Of a stretch of DNA of 64,000 nucleotides, positions 24,801 through 38,383 are shown piece by piece; position 1 is the stretch's first letter, and the number at the start of each line of letters is the position of its first letter. The translations under genes were made by a program, and so were the position numbers. This DNA comes from Phallusia mammillata (taxonomy: Eukaryota). Below the pieces are notes generated by a model. It did not search any database. It was not told where the DNA came from and saw only the letters and a program-made list of their open reading frames with translations. Where the stretch lies: NCBI GenBank assembly GCA_965637545.1, contig OZ281494.1:11904001-11968000 (forward strand), read 5' to 3'.

Positions 24801-27800
24801 GCTTCTGTAGAACTTTTGCAAGCATATCAGTTGATATGGAATTGGGCTGTGAAATATAAAAATGCTGTTATGTTAAGTAATAAAATGGATTTTGTTGCCA
24901 TTGCTCATTGACCAATACTAAACAATTTTGAATAGGTTATATCAGGGGTCACCAAACTACGGCGCGCGGGCCGGATCCGGAGGTCATTTCATCCGGCCCG
25001 CGACCACATTTTTTAGGTTGCCAAATTGTATTGATAACTTTGTAACATTGGAAGTTAATCTACTCGTTACAAAAGTTTTTCTGTGGGGATATTCAGAATT
25101 AATACTACCGCGTTTCACAAGATTTTAACGCCCAGGGTTGACCTAAAGCCAGTTTGTTACGTCACAGAGAAGACTGCAAGTGTTAATTGTGCGCAAACAA
25201 TTGCCTTCTTTTGTCACTTGTGGCGTAATATACAAGCATTACCCGTAAGATGAGACTAATTATACAGTTTAACAGTCGCAAGACCAGTTTTTGAATAGGA
25301 TTGTAGAAAGACCATAACTTGGCGCCCCTATAAAAATTGCCTCGTTGGGTTGGGCATAAGCTATGCGGCCCGCGCGGATGATTGTTATCACTCATCCGGC
25401 CCGCAGTGAAAAAAGTTTGGTGACCCCTGGGTTATATTAACCTGTGTTTCATTAACATAGGTTTCATTCTATTAACCTGTGTTTCATAGCAAATGGCAAA
25501 CCTGGAATACACATTCTTCAAGCAATTAAAATGTTTTAGAATAATATTTGTTCACCTAAATTACCTGGCAGGCTAGCTAGCACTGTATCTTTGGCATACA
25601 AAAATCTTTTGCTCTACATTTTTGGCACTTAACCATGTAATTGTTTGTTTCAATTACTGTTACTGTGTTTGAAGGTAGAGCTACTAACACCATAACGAGA
25701 ATCAGAACTTCGCTTTCACAAGGGGGTGTAAAGAGCTGAATTTTTATTTAGCGGCTATAAAAGGGTTGGGTTGGGAAATATTTACATAAAATTTTTACAT
25801 TAGTAACTCATATTTTGGGTTAGTTTTATTGAATTTTAAGTGCTAACACCTTACCCCGACCCTAATAGCCCTAACCGTGAGCATTTTTGGAGATATAACC
25901 AATCAAATTTGGGGGTAGATTCTCGTTATGGTGCTAGTAGCTCTACCATGTTGGAAAACAAAAGAAGATGTGGTGCACTACAGGTTTTGTTCCACAACAG
26001 TAACTTTAAAAGTCCCTTTGAAGCAGAATGAAAAGTGCATTCTGGTTGGATGCACTCAACCTATTCAATTATCAATTTTGCTCAAAACAAAGGTTCAATT
26101 TCGTCAGGTCTAATAAAAAGTTCATATTACCGTTTCCTTAAGTGGTGGTTTTGGTGCACGGGTTCGGTCTTCATTATCACTATCACTGTCAGCATAGGGG
26201 TTGATGTATTCATTGTAGTCCTGTAATTTCACTTGGTAATCACTAACACGATCTTGTAGTTCCATTGGAATCTAAAAGCATGACAAATATAAGGGCACAA
26301 ATAGGAAAAGCAATATACTTTATTATTCAAGCATTCTCACAAATGCTCATGCCATAATCAGTGATATAAATTTCAAAATTTCAGGATAATACATCAAATT
26401 GGTGTCTTTTTATTTGTGTACTTAATAGTAACAGTTGGGAGTTGAAGTCTAAAAGTCTAGCCAGTTTTTTGAGCTTGAAATCAGACATATATATACCTGT
26501 TCTGGTCTTTGTGATGCATAAGCTGATTGATTACATTTCAACAACTGAACAGCAAGGTTGCAGTCTTTTCGAAGTCTCTCCTGAAAAAAGAAAACAACAT
26601 GAATACAATACACATACATATATATATATATTCATTGTATATTACCTCCACAAACTAGTATGAACAATATAACATGGTTAAACATAAAAGTATAGCAACA
26701 TCTAATAATAAAAATAAACTTTCTACTTGAAGTACATTTTACTTCAAAACTTTAAAAGAATGTTGGCATGACAACAAAACCTTACATTTTCTTCTTGTGA
26801 CTTCAATAAACTATTCCTGGCATCTGTGATTTTTCGTGTCAAATCATTGATTTCTTGGACCATGGAACCCCTCTCATTTTCAAGACGATTAATCTGAAAA
26901 GGTTGAGGTTTTTGAAAATATTTATTGATTTAAGCAGCTTCATAAATTATTCACAAACCGTGCCACAAGTCAAATGCAAGTAGACCATCACACCTTGTGG
27001 AAATTAAACACCTATTTTTTTACAATATAAGAGCACATATATACGTTATACGAACATCTACAACAGCAACATCTTTAAAAACGCAGTTGAAAATACAACA
27101 AAAAACTGATTCTATGTTTTGAGTGAATAATAAACATTTTGGATCAAGTTAAAATCGTGTAAAATATTGAGTGGCAAGTAAAAAAATGAATGCTGTTTTG
27201 TGTGATAAAATTTTTACACATGATGTGACAGTATTGTGCTTTTTGATACAAATTAGATGATGATTAATTGCTATGTGGCATTTAGCACAAATTGGTGTCA
27301 CAAAACTATTACACCTTTTCATATTCAGTCGGCAAATGAAAATGTAATTTTGTGAATGCAATAACTTAGCTATGTTGTAAATGGTTAAACAGCTTGATAG
27401 TGAATAATTTGATTCACAACAGATCCATACAAACAATTAAAACCTGTTGGTCATATTGCAACATTTGCCGCCTTTGCGAAAGCTTGGAAGAAGGTAGTTG
27501 TTAAATAAACATATAAGTTATTAATATTAGTTTGTTAGGGTATAGGAATATTCCAGGAACAACTCACCACCTTTGATACTTTGTTTTCAAGTTCTCGATT
27601 TGTGCTTTGTAGAGTTACATAACTTGATTGCAACCTGAAAACAATACTTTTAAGTGAGGATAAAGCTAAATACAATTGAAAAGCCAACACAAAATATTTA
27701 ATTTAGCATGGTGCCAATCCAATGTAATAGATTTAAGTTTTTGGAAACCGTTTTGGGCCACATAAGATTGCTTTTTAATAGTTGAATGCAAACACCTAAT

Positions 27801-28506
27801 AACTATAAAAAATATTTTATCCACAGGACTTTTTTTGATCTAATTTCTTGTTAAAAATGTGTGCATGTTACTCATAAATGGGTATTCATACGTTTTGTAT
27901 TGAGTTGAAACCCTTTGTAACTTGTCGTTGGCAACATCCAGCTGTGATTCCAAATATTCTCTACTCTGTGAATATTCTGCTTCGGCATGATCCAGGTTTC
28001 TGGTGAGATGTAGAACCTTTTGCCTGAGAGCTTCATTTTCTTTTTCCAAATCCCTTTAAAAATGTCAAGATTATAGTTTTTCTTACAATTGAACTTGTAT
28101 GTCTCACATAAACTATCCTATTTGTTCAACCAACAAATATAATATTAGTTTATGAAAAGGCAACAACACTAGATTCATTGCATTTCGTACTACTGATGCA
28201 TTTAAAGCCAACATGATGGTAAAATACATCCAGTTTGTACTTTACCTTTTTACTTCAGGAATTTACTTACAATTTAGGTCCAGCTATTGGAGCGGTTGGC
28301 TTTTGTTGGGTTGTTAAGTACTCCTGAGAAAATATAAACAGTGTCACAATAAGCAATGCTGTTTTCCCATTTCTTACAAACCTCATAACTTAACAAAACA
28401 TCGTCGTAAGATTTACGTTCAATTGTCTCATATTTTTTAATGAACTTACCGAAGCTTTTCTGTAAGGCCTGTAAACCTTTCCACCACTATTCGTATTGTA
28501 CGCCAT
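21865..28506 (-). CDS. TJAP1: TJAP1 (Pilt)/BEGAIN-family coiled-coil protein, about 704 aa in 9 exons
   Basis: N-terminal RPYRKAS; LQSSYVTLQSTNRELENK; ERLRKDCNLAVQLLKCN; MLAKVLQKPE. Exons 28506-28450, 28323-28271, 28053-27892, 27634-27568, 26893-26786, 26580-26497, 26271-26131, 24846-24675, 23135-21865, all phase-consistent. May be a co-ortholog of both TJAP1 and BEGAIN. Confidence 0.85.
23237..23785. mobile_element. hAT-type MITE
   Basis: TIR CAGGGGCGGGCAAC / GTTGCCCGCCCCTG; TSD ACATATTG. Confidence 0.9.
23923..24232. mobile_element. hAT-type MITE
   Basis: TIR CAGGGGTCGGCAAC / GTTGTCGGCCCCTG; TSD CTCTATAC; internal TGGCACGC motifs. Confidence 0.9.
24943..25429. mobile_element. hAT-type MITE
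   Basis: TIR CAGGGGTCACCAAACT / AGTTTGGTGACCCCTG; TSD GGTTATAT. Confidence 0.9.
25674..25947. mobile_element. Small inverted-repeat element (MITE-like), superfamily unassigned
   Basis: 30-bp inverted repeat GGTAGAGCTACTAACACCATAACGAGAATC / GATTCTCGTTATGGTGCTAGTAGCTCTACC with 1 mismatch. Internal CCTAATAGCCCTAACCG also occurs at about 12241. No clear TSD. Confidence 0.65.
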
Positions 28507-28882
28507 GGCTTGCTAATTAAGCCATCCGATTACCGGGAAACTTCCTTGTCTAACTTCCCGTCATTCAAAAGACAACTTGTTATTCAGACTTCAGAGTTTC
28601 GGAAACCTTCGTTTCGTGAGTTCACTTCAGCCAGATGCGCATGAACGATGCTCCTTGATAGCGCAAAAGAGCACAAGTGATTTTGTATGGCAAAAACGGA
28701 TGCACAAGCACAAACATAACAATCGAATTGAAGCAAGTCCTAACACATGTAAATTTTTGTTTGTGACGCAATCAATCGGATTGTTGCGTGGCCCTTTAAA
28801 ACCCAAGTCTTCCATAGAAACCGAGGCAAAAACTACTTTCGCTGCTTTTTATGAACAATCTCATTACTCTGCTTTGAAACAA

Positions 28883-29586
28883 ATGGAAAACTTCGTTCAC
28901 AGCGAGCAAAACATGGTAAGTAACACAGTTCGGAAAATATGGTCAAGGTATGTACACAAAATTTTTGTTTTGCAGTTGAATAATTCAATACAGATTGTTT
29001 GGTTCACTATGGTGTTACCTACTTATTTTGTACAAAACTTTAGAGCTTGGTCCACCGGCGAGATCATCCACCTCGACATTCTTACGCATATATGAGACAA
29101 AAAATCCGAGCAAAACGCAACGCTGGCTATATGTGCAAGGATCAAGAAATAGCAGCGGATGTAGAATCGTTTCCGACTCAAGCTCCTATGCAACCGAACC
29201 CGCAAGCACCTCAATTTCGAATGCCTTATCCACCTCCCATGCCAGGCTTTGTCCCGTTTTTTCACCCCAGACCACCAGCTCCACGGAATATAGCATCTTG
29301 GCCTATTTCGCCTCCACCAATGTTTCTCCCACCGCCCATTCATTTGATAACACCGAATGAAAAAGCAATTGAAATCAGTTTAAGGCTCTTTATTCAAAAT
29401 ATGAGTCAAAACCATTACCACCAACCTTCCCCTAGTTCTTTGCCCGCACCACCAGGTTTTGTAATGGATAAGCAATGCGATGAAAACCGAAGGGAATACT
29501 CCAGGTTCTGTGCAGAACAGACTATAAAGGCAGCCTTAGGAATGACCAACTACTGCAGAGAGGGACCAACTTTTCCAACTTGCTGA
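28883..29586 (+). CDS. Proline-rich orphan protein, about 191 aa in 2 exons (28883-28915, 29044-29586)
   Basis: MENFVHSEQNM|GTAAGT...TTTAG|SLVHRRDHPP..., a phase-0 join into the 179-aa ORF; divergent from TJAP1. Confidence 0.65.
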
Positions 29587-30044
29587 GGGTGTAACAAGCG
29601 ATCGTATAATGTTGGCCATGCATAAGAAGTTCCAACGAGAAGATCACCAAAATTACCGAACTGTTAATACGACCGACTAATTTTTATATTTTTTTGCCTA
29701 GCTTTTCCTTTTTTTCAATTTGTAAGTCCAGAAGCAAGCATTTTTAAACAAATAAATGGTTTCGAAGTCAGATTTTTTACTCTTGTGTCAGAAAAAGATG
29801 ATTGTATTTGGCAAATGTAGGCAAACCGGCGGTTGGAACAGAATAGGCAATATCGCTGTTAGCCAAAAAAGAGCAAAACATTTACAGAACGAAACTTATT
29901 GACAATAGTGTTTTCAAATGCGTCAATATTACATTTTACATTAGTATTTAGGCGAAGAACGTTGCAAATGAACTTTAACGAACCTAGTCAAAAAACACTG
30001 GTCATGATAAGTCTGTTAACACACAGACACAAAACATCAAAGTT

Positions 30045-33000
30045 TTAAGAAAGCACTGACTTGTATGAAAGCTCAACGTAATGTCGCGCATACCATGCAG
30101 CGTGTCTTTGAACATACGCAGCAAATTCACGATCGTCCTCATAAACAAAGTAGGGAGACACACACTGGCAGTTACTACACACTGGAGAAGCAGCTTGCTG
30201 AGTTTGATATTGACGAGGATTGTTCAAAACTTGTGGCTCGTAAGGAATACTACCTTCAGCGACCTCAGTTGAAGAAGTGCTGCTGGTACATGTGCTGTCT
30301 CTGCGAATAGGCCTGGAGTGTGGTGGAGATGGTTTTCTTTCCTGGGTTTTACGCGCATGTTGGGCTTTTTCGTTTGAATTTGCAGTGACACGCCTAGCAT
30401 CGGGTCCCGTGTTTTGAGAGCCATTTTGTCCGTTTGTTTTGACTTTTACTTGGGAACTTTGTGCAGTAGTTTTTGAAGACGTATTTAATAATTGTTTACT
30501 GACTGGTTCAATACTAGTATCTCTGCCATTCGCTTTATCTGTACGTTGTACTGCTTTGGCATTACTACGAGGTTTGACCTGTACGTTTTGAGTGTCAGTT
30601 TTAGCATCTTCGCGGTATGGTGGTGGAGCCATTTCACCGTGTTTTTTGAAATACTCTAAATCCGCTAGGAGTTCCAAGTGTGACATATTGCGATAATGAA
30701 CGTTCTTTCGCAGGTGCATGCTGCTCTGTAGAAGTTCTTGCAAACTTGGTATTAAAGGCTGAGCAGGAGTGTCGTGGTCTGACTCACTGGAACTTTCGTC
30801 CGTAGTCAACGCTAGTTCTTCCGTTACATTGGTGTCTTGTATTTCCCCTTTAGCTTTCGGGTGGCTCCGTGCCTTTTGCTGAGCCACATGGCCATTCATT
30901 CCATTGGTATCTGGTTCAGCTTGGTACCCCAAGAATTCAGTCGATAACGATTTCGTTTGAGTCTTGATATGCAGCCCAGTCATTTGCTGCTCTAGATTGT
31001 TGATTTGCCCCTGAAAACAAAACAAATATCTATCGACTGAACTAGATGTATACCACCTTAACTGGCTTATATCTATTAAGTGTAAAAGTATTACCGTATA
31101 TACTCGCCGATAGGTCGCGCCACCGTATAGGTCGCACTATTAGTTTTGTGCTAAAAAAGTGTAATTTAGAGTTGACTCGCACATAAGTCGCACTGAAAAT
31201 CTAGGGATTTAAAAGGCCATTTCCCTAGCTTTTTTGCATAGATAACTGGTGCAATTGGTTGTTTTTAGCATTGAACTGCATTGCACTGAAACCGCAAAAC
31301 TATGTTTTCTCAACAAAGCGGGAAAATCCAACGCACGCTGAGCTGACGCATGTGCGTGTGCCCTCATGAAACTGTCTCGCATTGGTATGTGCGTGCACGA
31401 GCGCATGCACCCGATTCGATAGCACATTTCCCCCACTACAATTCGCGTCTATAACGCGCACCCTTAATTTTTTGTTGAAAATTAGTATAAAATTTTGCAC
31501 GTTATACTCGAATAAATACGTTATATCCGCCCGATAAGCCGACCGGAAAATACGGTACTTGCAATAGCCGAAAACTTTCAGTTTTGTTCCGACTTGGTGG
31601 CGATTTGCACTTATGTCGAGCGGATAGGTCGCACCTACATTTTTTTGAAAAATATAAGGAAAAAAGTTGCGACCTATCCGCGAGTATATACGGTAGTTCA
31701 ATGCTACATATCTTACACCAGAAAACAGTGTGTTGAAAAATACCATAGAGCAAGACTGCAAAATCGCAAAAGTCAGAACCGATTGGTAAAAAGCAGATCT
31801 ATTTGCACATGGACGGATTCGTATTACCAACAACAGGCTAAACCCGGCAAACATCATATTACCTCAGTTACACAAGCATTGCTAAACGGCGCTCTTTAAG
31901 GTTGTTTGTTTACTAACCGATAAATCCGATTTTCTGGAGACAAAGCTTAAACTTTCAAGTTTGCAAATTTTTGCACTGCACTGTGCGGCGATTGCAAGCA
32001 AATTCTCTTCTTCCCGCTTCGAACCAATCAGCGTAAAAGCAGTTCCCCTTGAACCAAATCTGTAAAATACATAAAAATTATGTAAGTTGAAGCCGCATAT
32101 CTGAGAAGAATTCACTGTCGCCATCAAAATTATATTTAGTGATATTGGGTTCGTTATTTACAAAACGCAGAAATTTTGACGAAATTACCGGTTGAGAATC
32201 ACAGGCATAGATCTTAATGCAACATTTTTGTTAATTTGTTTATATATTCCTACCTTCCTGCTCGCCCAATTCGATGCATGTAGGTTTCCCAGTCAAGTGG
32301 AACATCCATATTAACAACCAAATCCACGTGATAAGCATCGATGCCACGTGACGTCAGGTCAGTTGAAATCAACACCCTAAAAAGGTGTTTTTTTTTAAAT
32401 GCCGCACATCCCAGGAAAAAGCTCAATGAATAAACTAGTTTTAGCAATGCTCGACGGTAAAGCAAAACCAGTGCAAGAAACAAAAAAACAACAATCTTAC
32501 AATAACAAGACAGTTTGAGGAAGTAGGTTGTTTATTACAAACACCCACCTGCATTTAAAGTCTTTAAGCTTGTTAATGGCTACAATTCTTTGAGGTTGGT
32601 CCAGATTTCCTGATATATAAGTGCTTGGCCATCCAGCTGAATTTAGCGCCTGTGATAAACTGTGTGCCCTGAGTAGAATTAAAATGATAAATATTGTTGT
32701 TTTTCATATTTCTTACACAAGACCTCACCGAGAATGAAAGTTGGAGAAAACTAGAGCTTGTTGAAATGAAGATGTTGTAAACAGTTCAATAATGCTCTGA
32801 GTTTTCTGTTCAAACATCACATGTGGAAGACATTGATCCCCAACCACATAATAATACTGCTGCAGGCCTGCAAATGAAGGAAGTAAAGTTAAAACGTGAT
32901 CATGATACTTTATTGAAAGTTTGACCTGCTATAATGTGTACAGGTAAATTGTACAATAGTGATGGGACGAGTACCTGGTACTCGGTATCGAGTGATTTCA

Positions 33001-34969
33001 GTGGTATCGATACTCGTACTCAGTATCGGAATATTTTATCTCAGTTTTCGATACTAACATGCGAGTACCGAAGGCCGATTTACACCATAAGAATACCGGC
33101 AACTTTATGCCAATATTTCAGCATAAAATTGGAAAAAAGTTATGTATATCTTTTTCGCTATCACGTAGAGACTACATTTTTAGGCATCTGTGTGTGCCCC
33201 CCGACCAAACAAATTAGGCAATGATATACAACTAACTAAGTACAACACTACACTTAAGTACTCAGTAATCGTACTCGGCATCGAAAGTATATACATGCGG
33301 TACTCATACTTGGTATCGGTATTCGCTTCAAAATCTGGTATCGTCCCATCACTATTGTACAATAATATCTGAAACATTTTAGAAATCAAAGCTTCTGAAA
33401 TTAATACAGGGCATTGGTATTGACTGACCTAATAATGAAGGATCTGTTGGATTTAGTTGGACAAACTGTGATTGGCACATGTAACACTTCAGAAATTCAG
33501 CCAGCGCTTGTGGGTATGTTGCTGACACTGCTAACATTTGCTTGGTTCCTGGAAGAGTTGAATAAATCCAACTGCAAAAATAGAGAAGTAACACTTCATT
33601 ACAAATGTAAACTTCTATCACATGTAACCATTTTTTAGTAGAAAAGAAATGCTTCGATAAATCAGAAGCAACACTAAGAGCATATAAAAACCCAAAATAT
33701 TTTACTTTTCTACTCTTTGCACTAATGCAAAAAACAGAAGGAAAATGTATCCTATTATGTTTACTTGTGGGCTAAAGGTATAAGTGTAGGTCAATAATTA
33801 TGGAGGCCAATGCACATAGTTTTAAAACCCCTCATACAGATAATTTGTGGTTGGTAGAGCTCACGACACCTAAATAAAAAATAGAGTGACATAGTATTTG
33901 TACTTGATCTGAGTTTGAAATGTTCCCTCCTCTACTAGCTTGTCAGCTTCATCAAGCACAAACAAACGGACGTTTTTTACCGACAGAATTTCCAATTCCA
34001 CAAGCTGCTTGATTCTTCCTTATGAACAAAACATTAATGATCTAACATTTATGTAAACATTTCAACCCAATATTTAGAGTAACGATTAGCATGGTTGCAT
34101 CAAATATTTGCGGCTAAATGAAATAAGACCAAAGATGCTTTTGTATCTTTGATAACTTTTAATACATGCTTGTCAGAGCATACCAGGAGATCCAATAGCT
34201 ATGTGACATTTTTTTGCTTTAATTCTGTCTTTTGAAACTTCTGTTCCTCCAATAAAGACTTCAATTCTCAGGTCAGCAATATGGCGACCAATTCCAGACA
34301 TCACACTATGTATTTGAAGAGCAATTTCGCGAGTTGGAGCAAGCACTATTGCCTTTAAACAACCAAGAATTATTGGTCAAGTGTTAATATCAAATCGTAT
34401 TCCCAATTTTTTACACATAAAATAGTGGGTATTACTACCTTAATCAGAATCGTTTTAGCCTAATTTAAAAGTTAATCAAATTCAAATATTTCACAAGATA
34501 AACTTTTAGGCATTTTTTTAATACAGACCTGCAAAGAGAGAGACTGTGGGTCCACACTTTCCAGGGCAATCACAGAAAATACACATGTCTTTCCAGTACC
34601 AGACTTGGCTTGAACAACCATATCTAATCATTTGAAGTATAAATGCTTTTTATCACAGACATTTAATTGTGTGATTAATTATAAAACTTCTACAGCAAGA
34701 ATAAGTTCTGGAATATCAAATGTTTGATGGTGACATTCAAAATAATTTTAAAAAACACATTTAATTTTAGATGGATATTTACCTAAACCACATCTTCCAA
34801 GTGGTATAGCTTTTAGCTGAATCGGAGAAGGGGCATGAAATCCAGAAGATTTCAGTCCTTGAAGAACATTGTCAGATAGCAGCAGTTCATCGAATGTAAC
34901 CGACTTCTCAGTATTTACATCGTCAGTTCGTTCTTTCGATTCATACAAATGTCCGATCCGGTTCTCCAT
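30045..34969 (-). CDS. DDX20: DEAD-box helicase 20 (Gemin3)
   Basis: [62 protein letters not shown]. Phase-0 join ...DLS|GQINN into the 31011-30045 terminal exon, which ends in an aromatic helix. Confidence 0.93.
31094..31693. mobile_element. Tc1/mariner(pogo)-type MITE in the last DDX20 intron
   Basis: TIR CCGTATATACTCGC...GATAGGTCGC / GCGACCTATCCGCGAGTATATACGG flanked by TA on both sides; a second internal end (GGAAAATACGGTA) at about 31545-31557. Confidence 0.8.
32957..33354. mobile_element. hAT-type MITE in a DDX20 intron
   Basis: TIR TAGTGATGGGACGA / TCGTCCCATCACTA; TSD TTGTACAA; internal GGTATCG repeats. Confidence 0.9.
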
Positions 34970-35331
34970 TATTCATTAAGACCTGTAAAATTGAAATCAA
35001 CTTTTCTATGTGCCCCTTCAGTTAATAAAGCTAAGCCATACACATACTCATTGTCGGTATACTAAGGCAAACTTAACAATACAATTATTAAAAATACGCA
35101 AAAACATCTTGTTACACAATGCAGTAATAAAGCAAACATTAGTCACGCATGAATGACGTGAGGAGTAAACACGTGCGTGACTTGCAAATCTAGAACCTGT
35201 AAATTGCTGAGTCATTTTAAAGGTACGGACCAACAAGTTGACATAGTCATTTTGAAATTTCTCTAGCTTTTATTGTGGTAAAATAATAAAAAGTAAGACT
35301 TTATCAGACAATAAATTTGCAAATCTGAAAT

Positions 35332-37295
<1,964 letters not shown>

Positions 37296-37435
37296 TTTCA
37301 CATGCTGCCACTGTTGCATGGTTGTGTAATCTTATTTAATTATGTTGTATCAGTATGATCAAATAGCAATTATGTGAATTTAAATTTCTGCATTTGTATT
37401 TTTTCAAAAATACATGACAATCGCTTAATCGAGGT

Positions 37436-38190
37436 TTAAAGTGGGTAAAAGTTTCCACTAGTTTTGTCTTTCTCTATTTGGTTTGGCTGCTTTATAAGAC
37501 CATTGATGGCTACAAACACACCACCAGCCGACATACAACTCAAAGCACCAAGTGCAAATCCAAGATTGAAGTCTGCATCAGAATCTTTAAATGTCTCTGG
37601 TTTGAAAGCCCCAGTCAGCACCACTACCTAATAAAGCAAAGATAAGCATAAAAAAGAATTGATTTTATTATTCAAACAAGTACTTTCTCTCCAATGTGTG
37701 GTTCTAAATAGAGTGCAGTATCAATTAGGGTGTCAGTCCCGTGGGTGACAAGTATTTTACTCTCTTGTTCATTGAGGATATGAGAGAGAAGGTGGTCTCT
37801 GAAAGTTGTACAGGTAAACAAGTTTGGACTTTTTGTTCTAATAGGAACAAGGTAATATGTTTGTTTTAAAATCTGTTATCTTTTGTAATTTCTTGCGAAT
37901 CTTTTCTGCAAACTGTGTCAACTAAAATAGAATTTGCAACCTGAGCCCGATTAAGGATTCTTATCGCAGGTGCATCGCATATTTCAAACGCATATCCTCT
38001 GGAACGTTTGGGATAGTCCTTGTCAATAGTTCCTTTAAAAGTGTGTTTCGAAGTCATGTTAATGCGGTAATAGCGATTATTTGCAGTACATTAACGGTAG
38101 ACAGAGATCCAGCACACTATAATTCAATTTTCACTTACCTCCCGTTTGTAGAATTAAAATTTTGTTTGCTTTTTGCAACTTGCTGGCCAT
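37436..38190 (-). CDS. Short-chain (single-domain) type I/II L-asparaginase, about 172 aa in 4 exons
   Basis: Exons 38190-38139, 38032-37873, 37798-37684, 37627-37436. ILQTGGTIDK, RKDSQEIT, LVTHGTDT, VLTGAFKP, DSDADFNLGFALGA, VFVAING. Intron 2 lacks a GT donor (see findings). Confidence 0.85.
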
Positions 38191-38383
38191 TATTGTCGAT
38201 GGGAAATCACCTAAACTGTTTACTTCTATTTCGTCACACGGGGCGCTGTTAATGCGTTATCTATGACGTCATCTGTTATTTCGTCTTGAAAAACGCGAAG
38301 GCCAGACAGAAATAATAGGATAAGGTTTCACTTGATGCTATCACGTTACCTCAGATACTAAGAGTTCTATACAGCTATGGACA

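Noticed and set aside
31209-31899. Overlapping ORFs up to 185 aa in the last DDX20 intron
   Set aside because: They coincide with the TA-flanked MITE, have no transposase motifs, and DDX20 splices in phase across them.
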